A stretch of 63,751 bases of DNA, counting the filler, from Octopus bimaculoides (lineage: Eukaryota): the NCBI RefSeq assembly GCF_001194135.2. It is 4 parts of 4 records of this genome, joined end to end, with 100 filler letters (N's around TTAATTAATTAA, not from the genome) between each part and the next. Parts side by side here need not be neighbours in the genome. Positions count along the whole stretch, not along the records: positions 47,609 to 60,551 come from NC_068981.1; 3 more parts are not named here. The stretch is one strand, 5' to 3'. The translations under genes and the position numbers were made by a program. Below are positions 48,626 to 59,582 of the stretch, one piece after another. How positions within the stretch are numbered: position 1 is the first letter of the stretch; the number at the start of each line of letters is the position of its first letter. A model generated the notes under the pieces. The model had not been told where the DNA came from, searched no databases, and saw only the letters and a list, made by a program, of their open reading frames with translations.

Positions 48626-49394
48626 TTTATGTCTTTGATTTCTTCCCAGATTTTGCCTTTTGGTTTCTCACTTTTATCAGGAAAGGAAGAAATTTGTCAG
48701 GAATGATGGTCATCAGGCAGGAAATCAGAAATATTAGAGATGATGTTTTGTCAGTGAAATTGATTCCAGTATTTGACGGTTCCTTCAGTTTCTAAATATT
48801 GGAAAGAGGGAAAGTAAATGGAATATTTTACCATCTTTGTTTGATTGATAGAGGGAACTTGTTACGAATGTAATTTCTATCTAAAACAAGACAAAAAGAA
48901 AACTGAGTCTTTACCATGTAAATGCATATTACAGAATAATAAAAGAAATATATAGTTTAATTATAAAACAAAATATATTTTGTGTGTCTTGGGAGGGTCA
49001 TTGTGCCAATGATAAACACATGCACAGGTCTGCCTGTCTTTTACTGTTAATTATAGTTTCAATATTAAACAAATATGTTGAGTAATGATACTCTCATAAT
49101 ATGGAACACATCAAACTAAAATTTTCAAATCAATAAAATTGTACAAAGGACTTTCCACAAAGGGTCAAATGTTCGGTTGATATGCCCTTATTTTTTTTTT
49201 TTTTCCTGTTGTTTCACCTCTCCATTTTATTTGCCATTTCTCATTACAGACTCTGAAACATTTCTTCTTTCTTCTAGCACTTTCATCTTTAGAATTCAGA
49301 ACATTCCTTAACTTTTTAGCATTCACATTAATCTGTCAAGCATTATGCTTATTTATTCACATCATTTCGTATTAATCAGGCATGATCTCATAGG

Positions 49395-49765
49395 TCGTTT
49401 CCAGCAGGACTTATTTGTTGTAAGCCTAGTACTTATTCTATCGGTCTTGCTTGCCAAACCACTACGTTTCGGGGTCATAAACACACCAACATCAGTTGTC
49501 AAATGATGGTGGGGGGCAAACACAAACACACCAACACACATACACACACACACACATACACACACACACACACACATAGATACATAGATATATATATGAC
49601 GGGCTTCTTTCAGTTTCCCTCTACCAAATCTACCCGCAAGACTTTGGTCAGCTCTAGGCTCTAGTAGAAGACTCTTGCCCAAGGTGCCACGCAGTGGGAC
49701 TGAACCCAAAACCATGTGGTTGGGAAGCAAGCCTCTTACCACACAGCCATGCCTGTGCCTATATA
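49395..49765 (-). mobile_element. SINE family B (3' end missing)
   Basis: Head aggcacaggcatggctgtgtggtaagagg on minus strand; internal (TG)n. Confidence 0.88.
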
Positions 49766-50344
49766 TATANNNNNNNNNNNNNNNNNNNNNNNNNNNNNNN
49801 NNNNNNNNNNNNNNNNNNNNNNNNNNNNNNNNNNNNNNNNNNNNNNNNNNNNNNNNNNNNNNNNNNNNNNNNNNNNNNNNNNNNNNNNNNNNNNNNNNNN
49901 NNNNNNNNNNNNNNNNNNNNNNNNNNNNNNNNNNNNNNNNNNNNNNNNNNNNNNNNNNNNNNNNNNNNNNNNNNNNNNNNNNNNNNNNNNNNNNNNNNNN
50001 NNNNNNNNNNNNNNNNNNNNNNNNNNNNNNNNNNNNNNNNNNNNNNNNNNNNNNNNNNNNNNNNNNNNNNNNNNNNNNNNNNNNNNNNNNNNNNNNNNNN
50101 NNNNNNNNNNNNNNNNNNNNNNNNNNNNNNNNNNNNNNNNNNNNNNNNNNNNNNNNNNNNNNNNNNNNNNNNNNNNNNNNNNNNNNNNNNNNNNNNNNNN
50201 NNNNNNNNNNNNNNNNNNNNNNNNNNNNNNNNNNNNNNNNNNNNNNNNNNNNNNNNNNNNNNNNNNNNNNNNNNNNNNNNNNNNNNNNNNNNNNNNNNNN
50301 NNNNNNNNNNNNNNNNNNNNNNNNNNNNNNNNNNNNNNNNNATA

Positions 50345-50770
50345 TATATGCCAGCCCCCTCGCCCTGACTGGCTCCTGTGCTGGTGACACATAAAAAGCA
50401 CCATCCAAATGTGACTGATACCAATGCCGCCTTGACTGGCTCCTGTGCCAGTGGTATGTAAAAGCACCATCCAAACATGGTCTAGGCCAGTCCCCCTCTG
50501 GTTCCTGTGCCGATGACATGTAAAAGCACCATTCAAATGTGGCTGAGGCCAGCCCCCTCTGGCTCCTGTGCAAGTGGCACGTAAAAAGCACCCACTACAC
50601 TCTCGGAGTGGTTGGCATTAGGAAGGTCATCCAGCTGTAGAAACACTGCCAGATCAGATTGGAGCCTGGCCTGGCCTGGTGCAGCCTCCTGGCTTCCCAG
50701 ACCCCACTCAAACTGTTCAACCCATGCCAGCATGGAAAACGGACGTTAAACGATGGTTATGAGGATGATA
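50345..50770 (+). mobile_element. RTE 3'-tail element with four tandem ~62-67 bp subrepeats
   Basis: Repeated ctggctcctgtgc..gtg.ca.gtaaaa.gcacc units, then ggttggcattaggaagg.catccagctgtagaaac tail. Confidence 0.85.
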
Positions 50771-50958
50771 TATATATATTTATATAGATTGTAGGTGATC
50801 AAATCAAGTCTGTCAGTTATTTGAATCTGGTCCTAATTATATTATTCATCTTTATTTAACAAACCACTCAGGTGCAAGATGGACTGAAACACAATATAAA
50901 CAATAGGTGCAGATGCACATGTGCATGTGCACATACACTCACACACATGCACATAGAT

Positions 50959-52877
50959 GATGGGTAGGCAAACTGCAGCCCACGGAGACCTGTAAGAAAT
51001 TAGAAAAAGAAATCAATAAATTTTTGTCAACATGTTTGTGTTTCAACCAAGGGTGACGTTTTCAGTGTCATAGAAATCTACGTCCCATTTTCCAGTGGTT
51101 ACATACTTTCTGCACATGTTATCACAGTTATTGTTGATAGTTGCCTGCAGAACAACACAATCTCTCCAACCCCACGAAGTATACTTCCTAAAAAACATAA
51201 AATTGAGGTTGAGTGCCATGCATTTAATGAAGAATGCAGTCACATGTATTTCTTTACCAGTTCTAAGAATAAAGCGGTGTGTTTACTGTGCCAGGAGACG
51301 ATTACCATGTTAAAGGAGTACAATTTGAAGTGGCACTACCAAACAAAACACAGAGATTTCGGACACAACATGACTGATGAAGAACAGAAGAAAAAGGCTG
51401 TGGAATATGTTGCAACATTGAACAAGCAACAAACTCTATTTAAGAAGCAACCATCAATTCATGTTGCTGCATTGGAGGCAAGTTGTACAGTGGCATACCG
51501 ATTTTCAAGACCTAACAAACCATTCTTAGATGACAAGTTAATAAGACAATGCATGATGGATTGCGCAAGTGTCATATGCCTGGAAATGAAAGTTAAATTT
51601 GAAAACATTTCATTATTGAGGAGAACTATCGTACGATGCCCAGAAATAATCAGTGAGGAGTTAACTCAACAGCTGAGAGATGCAAATAAAGATTCTATAT
51701 AATGGTGCCTGGGAATTATGTTGGGCAAATGTGGGCATGTTTAAACTGTTGGAAAACAAGATTAGAAAAGATAATCCTAACCAAGCCTTCTTGTCTTTCC
51801 ACTGCATCTTGCAGCAAGAAAATCTGTGTAAATCTGCACTTAACCTGAAGCATGTGGTGGATCCAGTGGTGAGTGTAGTAAACACCATCAGGGCAAGAGC
51901 ACTCAATTACAGAGAGTTCAAGTCCCTACTGGAGGATATGGAGGTTGAGCATGGGGATGTCCTCCACGACAACAATGTACGATGGCTCAGTCTTGGCAAA
52001 GTGCTGAAGCGAGTGTGGGGCTTACGAAAAGAAATTCTGCTCTTTCTCAATATGAAAAGGATTGCTTGTGAATTTGTTACAACAATGGACTGTGATGAGT
52101 GGAAATATGAACTTATGTTTGCAGCTGATGTTTTTGAAAAGTTGAATGAGCTAAATGTGAAATTGCAGAGAAAGGAACTTTTGGCTCATGAAATGTATAA
52201 GCATGTTTAATTTTTTCAAGCAAAATTATCCTTGTTTTCAAACAAGTGAGGACAAGTTCACCCATTTTTCATTGTTGAGAAAGGAGAAAGTAGCTGCAAA
52301 TGTGTGTTCAAAAATTAAAGATCTGTTGAGAAGTTTGACTGAAAAGTTTGAGAGAAGGTTTGAGGATTTCAGAGGGATTGAACTTAAATTCAACTTATTA
52401 ACTTCTCGTTTCTCTGCTGATGTTGATGCAGCAGCTGATGAATTAACTTGATAGACATTCACTCGGATCAGTCACTGAAGGAAATGTTTCATTCCCTACC
52501 TTTTGTAGAGTTTTACAAGTCACTCTCTGTTCAATGCTTCCTGTGATTAAGAAATTTTGCTGCTAGATTATTCTCTATTTTTTGGTTCCACTTACACCTG
52601 TGAACAGAGTTTTTCCTGCAGGAAGATAAATAAGTCCAAAAACAGGTCCATGGTGTCAGATACAAACGTAATTGCTGTTACGGGAGTTTCTACCAGTGAT
52701 CTTGTTCCAGACTTTAAAAAGATTCTGACTAGATTATGAATTTGTTTGTTTTTATTAATCATGCTGTCTATTTGTTGCATTATTTTAAAGTGTACTGCCT
52801 GATTTTAAAAGGTGCGGCCCTTCGACTTTAATGGCCCTCTGATCTGACCCTTACTCAGAAGAGTTTGCCTGCACCAG
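50959..52877 (+). mobile_element. hAT transposon of the SPIN/Charlie (GTF2IRD2-like) group, internally deleted
   Basis: Terminal aggcaaact / agtttgcct inverted repeats. Transposase pieces: YFFT..KNKAVCLLC...KEYNLK.HY.TKH (BED-like), SL.RRTI.R, HCILQQENLC, VRWLSLGKVLKR, FGSTYTCEQSFS. The region with the first catalytic Asp is deleted. Confidence 0.9.
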
Positions 52878-53185
52878 TGGCACGTGAAAAACAACATTCA
52901 AACGGGGTCATTGCCACTGCCGCTGGGCTGGCTCCTGTGCAGGTGACACGTAAAAAACACCATTTGAGCGTGGCCGTTGCCAGTACTGCCTGACTGGCCC
53001 TCGTGCCAGTGGCATGTAAAAAGCACCCACTACACTCTCGGAGTGGTTGACGTTGGGAAGAGCATCCAGCTGTAGAAACTCTGCCAGATCAGATTGAAGC
53101 CTGGTGCTGCCATCTGGCTCGCCAGTCCTCAGCCAAACCGTCCAACCCAGCGTGGAAAGTGGACGTTAAATGATGATGATGATAT
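52872..53185 (+). mobile_element. RTE 3'-tail element (three subrepeats) abutting the hAT right end
   Basis: Same subrepeat and tail as 50345-50770; ends in (gat)n. Confidence 0.85.
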
Positions 53186-53260
53186 ATACATACGTATAGT
53201 GAGACGGGTGTATAAACAACAAACAGATGTATTAGTTTAACGCTCGGGTAGTGAGAAAGT

Positions 53261-53296
53261 CTTTTACGTTTCGAGCCTACGCTCTTCGACAGAAAG
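53261..53296 (-). ncRNA. Hammerhead-like motif, non-canonical core (CUGUCGA)
   Basis: Minus strand: CUUU CUGUCGA A GAGC guag GCUC GAAA CG UA AAAG; same architecture as the 39322 ribozyme. Confidence 0.5.
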
Positions 53297-53522
53297 GAAC
53301 ACAGAAACAAACAGGGAGTGAGAATAGAAAAAAGGTTTAGTGGCCGTGTGTATGTATGTATGTATAAAAATTTTTAATGAGTTAAGTAATTACTTTACCC
53401 TTTCTTAGTGATTGAAACAATTATATACCAAGGGAAGCAATTCATCTTTTGTTTTGCGGCAAAGTTTCCACTGCAGCCAAAAAATCCTGAAGCAAATTTT
53501 CCGGATACAATATATATGTAAA

Positions 53523-54957
53523 TACGAGGTNNNNNNNNNNNNNNNNNNNNNNNNNNNNNNNNNNNNNNNNNNNNNNNNNNNNNNNNNNNNNNNNNGGGGG
53601 GGGGGGAGAAACTGGAATTTTGCAATATTAAACCTTTTTCTATTCTCAGTCCCTGTTTGTTTCTGTGTTCCTTTCTGTCGAAGAGCATAGGCTCGAAACG
53701 TAAAAGACTTTCTCACTACCCGAGCGTTAAACTAATGCATTTGTTCACTTCGTTTTACATGTTTATACTTTTATCACCATCAAAGTATTCTCCATTTGAA
53801 GCAAAGCATCGGTCCAGACACGTTTTCCATTATTCGAAGCAATCCTGGAACTCTTGCAAAGTTATACCTTTTAACGCCTCCAACGTTTTTTCTTTACCTG
53901 TTCCACATCTGCAAAGTGTTTCCCTTAAGGACTTTTTTCATTTGTAGGAAAGAAAAGAAGTTGCAGAGAGCAAGATCCAGTGAATAGGAAGGGTGGGTAA
54001 GTGGGGTTATTCCGTTTTTGGTCAAAAACTGTCTCACATTCATGGCATTGTGTGCTGGCACATTGTCATGATGAAACCACCACTCTCCGCTTTGCCACTG
54101 GTCAGGGCGTTTTTGTCTCACCGTTAGTTCAGAACTGCCAAGTTTGGTTAACAGTTTAAGCAAGAGAAACAAAATTTGTGGGGACAATTCCTTTCTTATC
54201 AATAAAACAAATCCTTGACATTGGACTTCACTTGATGTACTCCTTGAAGGCATGGTGACATCGAATACTTCCAGTGACTTGATTGCTGCTTTGTTTCCGG
54301 GTTGTAAGTGTAGCACCAGCTTTCATCACCAGTGATGACCTTTGAAAAAAACGTCTGGACCAACTTCCAAGGGTTATTTCAGTTCACGACATGCATCCAG
54401 TCCTGACTGCTTTTGATCTTCTGTGAGCAACTGAGGCACAAATTTTACTGCAACTCTTTTCACTCACAATTCCTCACTCAAAATCTGCTGGCAGAAGCCC
54501 CAGGGCATAACAAGTTCGTCAATTGTGTGGTGATGGTCCTCCAAGATCAGTTCATGAATTTTCTTGATGTTTTCATTTGTTCAGGAGGTTGATGGTCACC
54601 CTGAATGAGTTGGCCTTCAAGTGACAAGTGACCATTCCTAAATTGTGAAACCCACTCATAAATTTGTGTTTTGCTCATGGCAGCTTCCTTGTAAGCTGTT
54701 TGAAGACAACTGTTTGGGCTGCTATTTTCCCCATCAGAAAACAGAATTTCATGGAAGCATGCTGTTCCTTCATTGACAAACAGGGGGAAGCACTGCAAAA
54801 AGAAAAAAGAAATACTACATAGCAGTACAACATCACTCAATGCCACCAGTCGACAGACAGAGGGTAGTATCAAGTGGCTTCTGGTGGCAGCAGCCTGAAT
54901 TACAATGGACTTGTCTCACAAGGAATATTTCTGGTAACTTTTGGGTACCTGCTCATA
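53523..54957 (-). mobile_element. Mariner-family (DD34D) transposon, inactive
   Basis: TIR-like TAtgagcaggtacccaaaagttaccagaaat at 54957 and tacgagg...gaaactggaat at 53523-53620. Peptides AMSKTQIYEWVSQF, FHHDNVPAH, HPSYSLDLALCNFF, GEYFDG. Many frameshifts. Confidence 0.85.
53671..53706 (+). ncRNA. Hammerhead-like motif, non-canonical core (CUGUCGA), inverted partner of 53261
   Basis: CUUU CUGUCGA A GAGC auag GCUC GAAA CG UA AAAG, inside a ~110 bp repeat (53630-53740) inverted relative to 53228-53337. Confidence 0.5.
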
Positions 54958-55065
54958 CACACACACACATGTATGAGAAAAAATAAGTTCAAAAAGAACA
55001 ATTCAAACTGATTTCTATTCATAAAAAACAGCCAGAGCAAGTAATAAGAATATGAAAATAGTAGT

Positions 55066-55742
55066 TGAAAAATTTCGTCATAGGTTTAAATATACCATAA
55101 ACAAGTATAACAAAATGGAGGGAAAAAAATGTTGAATCAAAATTAGATTTAATACAAAATTGGATTCAATACAAACATACTTTTCAAAAGACAATACAAA
55201 TAAGTGAACCTGTTGCATTATGTTCTGCTTTATACACGTGGCTTTCTGTACATTATACTTCATCTCAACCTGTTACTATTTCTTTAAACATATCCGTTAG
55301 ATTTTTATTTTTATGTTATAGTTTTACTGCACATATAGACTTGCATACACATTGATATGTCTTTCTTTTTCTTTTTCGTCTCTCTCACTATTATTATTAT
55401 TATTATTATTATTATTCCCTTTTACAACTTGTTCATAAATATCCGATTTCTCCCTATTACCCCATGTGCATTCCCCCTTATTTTATTTTATTTTATTAGA
55501 CCCTTTTTTGATGTTCTTCCAAAAATTCCTCACACTGATGAGAATGACAATGCATAAATTTAATTATAATTACTATGATTATAATTTTTTTTTCTTACAT
55601 ATTTGTATTGTCTTTCGAAATGTGTGTATGTATTGAATCCAGTTTTGCATTATTAAATCTAATTTTGATTCAACATCTTTTTTCCTCCATTTTTTAAATT
55701 CTTGTTTATGGTATATTTATACCTATAACGAAATTTTTCAGC
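55066..55742. repeat. AT-rich foldback with about 140 bp inverted arms
   Basis: 55066-55203 (tgaaaaatttcgtcataggtttaaatataccataaacaag...gacaatacaaat) is the reverse complement of 55600-55742. Confidence 0.8.
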
Positions 55743-55748
55743 CATATA

Positions 55749-55810
<62 letters not shown>

Positions 55811-55999
55811 NNNNNNNNNNNNNNNNNNNNNNNNNNNNNNNNNNNNNNNNNNNNNNNNNNNCAGTTCAAGTAGAACAATTCAAACTTTTTGGGGAGTCCC
55901 AAAAGAAATATTTCTAATGAATATTCATCATATCAAAATGATAGCCTGCTAAAGCAAGCAATTAAAATATGAAAATAACAAGTAAAAAGTTTGTTATGT

Positions 56000-56540
56000 A
56001 GAAGAGATGTTAAAAGTTCAAATTAGAATTTAATATCCACATACAACCATTTCAAATAGCAATACAAATATGCAAGAAAAGACATTAATTATAATAATAA
56101 TAACTAAAATAGTTATGTATTACCATTCTTGTCAGTGTAAAAAATTAAAGGAAAACATCAAAAAAGGTATTATAAAAAAACTCTAGAAGGAAAAACAAAG
56201 AGGCTATGTCTGACAAGCTGACCGAATATTTGCAAATAACTTGTAAAAGGGGGGAAAAAAAGGAAGAGAAACAGGGACATGTTAATGTATTTTCAAGTCT
56301 GTGTAATAAACTATAAACTAATCTGGCCAACAGATATATATTTTCCTTTCTAGAGTTTTTTTGGTAATACTTTTTTTGATGTTTCCCTTTCAATTTTTTT
56401 ACACTGACGACAATGGTAATACATAACTACTTTAATTATTATTATTATAATTAATGTTTTTTCTTGCATATTTGTATTGCCATTTGAAACGGTCGTATGT
56501 GGATATTAAATTCTAATTCAAACTTTTAACATCTCTTCTC
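56000..56540. repeat. Second AT-rich foldback (about 200 bp arms), same family as 55066-55742
   Basis: 56000-56195 inverts to 56342-56540; shares gatgtt.aa...aaattaga.tttaata and caatacaaatatg with the first foldback. Confidence 0.8.
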
Positions 56541-56649
56541 TATTTTTATAATTGTTTGTAGTGTTTTATATAAGATTTTATCTTATACTTCCCTATAACG
56601 AACTTTTTACTTATATATACATATATATATAATTTAAAATATAAATGAT

Positions 56650-56990
56650 AATAAACCAAAAGATAAATTTTTATTTTTCAAAATGAAACAAAATTAACGG
56701 TAAGATGGAAAATGTTTATTTTTGTATACTTCCACTATATTTATATTTGAAAAGTTTTCTCCCACTTTTTTTCAATTTCAAAATCTTTGATCAGATCCTC
56801 AAAATTAATCTTATGTAACACATTTGTTTCTCCACTTAGTAGAGATAAGGCATCCTGAATATTATTTTGGCAAGTTTCAAACAATTTCTTTTTCACTGTA
56901 AACCATTTACCATTTCTGTGGTGCTCTCTCCTTCCCTTGATGCCCTAGGCATATGCTTATTTTGCTGAAAGGTCCTGCACAGTGCTGCAC
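56650..56990 (-). mobile_element. hAT-type fragment (paralogue of 9915-10588) with transposase C-terminal remnant
   Basis: Minus strand SLLSGETNVLHKINFEDLIKDFEIEKK resembles the hAT dimerisation-domain end (LSIE..IDFEDLIKDF..K); nucleotide match to 9920-10480. Confidence 0.6.
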
Positions 56991-57094
56991 AAAACCATGC
57001 CATTTATCTCTCCTAATTAAATAGTTGCTAATTTATGTCAGAATATAATCAAACATTTCTTCATTTCTTTGTTGCTTTATCACCATCACCATCA

Positions 57095-57513
57095 CCATGA
57101 TCATCATCACTGTTTTGATGTCCGCTTTCCATGCTTGCATGGGTTGGACAAAATTTGATGAGTTGGATTTTCTACAGCTGGATGCCCTTCTTGTTGCCAA
57201 CCCTCACCTATTTCCAAGTAAGGTAATGTTTCCCAGTGACCAGACATGTTTTAAGGAAGACTGGAAATGAAGGACACTGCTTGTATGACAGGGACACTTG
57301 TTTACAACAAGCATGTGAGGCCAAGGCATGGAGACAGTAACATACAGACAGATGGCTTCTTTCAGTCTTCGTCTACCAAATCTACTCATAAGGCTTTGTT
57401 CAACCTAAGGCTATAGTGGAATACATTTGTTCAAAGTGCTACACAGTGGGATTGAACTGAAAACCATATGGCTGGGAAGCAACCTTCTTACCACACAGCC
57501 ACACCTGTGCCTA
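57095..57513 (-). mobile_element. Composite SINE: family B tRNA head plus RTE-type 3' tail
   Basis: Minus strand: aggcacaggtgtggctgtgtggtaagaagg head, unique middle, then ggttggcaacaagaagggcatccagctgtagaaa...ccaacccatgcaagcatggaaagcggacatc (RTE tail). Confidence 0.75.
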
Positions 57514-57691
57514 NNNNNNNNNNNNNNNNNNNNNNNNNNNNNNNNNNNNNNNNNNNNNNNNNNNNNNNNNNNNNNNNNNNNNNNNNNNNNNNNNNNNNNN
57601 NNNNNNNNNNNNNNNNNNNNNNNNNNNNNNNNNNNNNNNNNNNNNNNNNNNNNNNNNNNNNNNNNNNNNNNNNNNNNNNNNNNNNNNNNNN

Positions 57692-57920
57692 GAGTACGTT
57701 CAGAAGATGTGCCAAAAAAACCCCTTGAATGGAAATCCACTGAAAGTGGATACAATTGAGGAAATAAACAGTGTTCAAGTGAAAAACGTTTCTTCAAATG
57801 TCAGCTCTGAGAGTCTTGGAAGCTATTTTGGAGACAGAAAAAAAAGTTCTGGTGGAGATATTTCTTCAATACAACAAGAAACCAATGGTACTTACATTGT
57901 AAGTTTTAAAGAGGCATTTG
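57692..57920 (+). CDS. PARP10/PARP14-like gene exon C (5' end in gap; phase-1 donor; RRM-like repeat)
   Basis: EYVQKMCQKNPLNGNPLKVDTIEEINSVQVKNVSSNVSSESLGSYFGDRKKSSGGDISSIQQETNGTYIVSFKEAF. YFGDRKKSSGGDI matches the YFEN.RRSGGG signature of PARP10/14 N-terminal RRMs. Donor G|GTAAGT at 57921. Confidence 0.8.
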
Positions 57921-57984
57921 GTAAGTAATTTTATTTTCCCTCTCTTTATTTTAATCTACAGCTGAATGCTCTTCTTAACGTTAA

Positions 57985-59582
57985 CCAATCCAAGAGTGTA
58001 GTGGGTGCTTTTTATATGTCACCAGCACGAGGACCAGGTCAGGCAGTACTGGCAACGACCACGACAACAATTTCACTTGCCTCAACAGGTTTTCGCAAGC
58101 ACAGTTTATTACCCACTGATTGAGGAGTACTCTTAAATGGGCTGGTTATGCTGCACTGGCTTGCTGGGTCTTCTCAAGCACAGCATATCACCAAAGGTCT
58201 TGGTCACTTGTCATTGCATTGATGAGGCCCAATGCTCGAAGGTTGTGCTTTACCACCTTATCCCAGGTCTTCCTGGGTCTACCTCTACCACAGGTTCCCT
58301 CAACTGCTAGGGTGTGATACTTCTTCACACAGCTGTCCTCATCCATTCACAACACATGACCATACCAGTGCAGTTGTCTCTCTTGCACTCCACATCTGAT
58401 GCTTCTTAAGTCCAACTTTTCTCTCAGGGCGCTTACACTCTGTCGAGTATGCACACTGACATTACACATCCAGCAGAGCATACTGGCTTCATTCCTTGCA
58501 AGCTTATGCATGTCCTCAGCAGTCACGGCCCATGTTTCACTGCCATGAAGCATGGCTGTTCATGCACATGTATCATATAGTCTACCTTTTACTCTGAGCG
58601 AGAGGCCCTTTGTCACCAACAGAAGTAGGAGCTCTCTGAACTTTGCCCAGGCTATTCTTATTCTAGCAGCTACACTTTCAGAGCATCCACCCCAGCTACT
58701 GACTTGGTCACCTAGGTAACAAAAGTTATCAATTACTTGTATTTTTTCTCCGTGGAATGTGGCAGAAGTTGTTCTCTGCACATTTCCAGTGTTTATTGCT
58801 CCTGAGCATCTGCCACACACAAAAACTATCTTCCCAGTTAGCCTTCCTCTGATGTTGCTGCACCTCTTATGTGTCCATAGCTTACACTGGGTACATCTTA
58901 TGGGGTTTCTACCTATGCCTTTTCTACAGATTGAGCAGGGCCATCTACCTGAAGGGATTTGTGGTTTGTCTGCCTTCCTACTTATTAAGATTTTGGTTTT
59001 TGCTAGATTGACTCTACGGCCCTTCGGTTCTAGACCTTGCTTCCACACCTCAAACTTCTCCTCTAGTTCTGGCAGTGACACGGCTATTAGAGCAAGATCA
59101 TCCTGTCTTGAATTCCTCTGTTATTGCCTGGAGGACTATGATGAATAGGAGGTGGCTGAGGACTGATCCTTGGTGAACTTCTACCTGGAATTCTTGACTG
59201 TACTCGTTGCCAACCCCCACTTTATTGACAGCATCCCTGTATATGGCTTGTACAGGTCTCACTGACTATTCGTCTATCCCTAGTTTCCGCATTGGCCACC
59301 AGATAAGGGATTGGGGGACCCTGTCGAAGGCTTTCTCCATGTCAACGAATGCTAGGTACAGAGGTTTATTTTTGGCTAGGTATTTCTCCTGCAGCTGTCT
59401 TACCAGAAATATAGCATCAGTGGTGCTTTTCCCTAGCACAAACCCAAACTGCATCTCATCTTGACTGACTCTCTCTCTCTAATTAGCTGGGCTGTGACCC
59501 GCTCCGTGACTTTCATTACCTGATCCAGTAACTTGATACCTATGTAATTATTTGTATCTAATGCATCACCTCTATTCGGTAA
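57985..59582 (-). mobile_element. RTE-clade LINE, truncated at both ends
   Basis: MQFGFVLGKSTTDAIFLVRQLQEKYLAK..AFVDMEKAFDRVP, LELEEKFEVWKQGL, YLGDQV, MLHGSETWAVT. Confidence 0.95.

Noticed and set aside
50345-50600. CRISPR-like repeat-spacer appearance
   Set aside because: Eukaryotic context; the units are degenerate LINE-tail subrepeats without unique spacers or cas genes.
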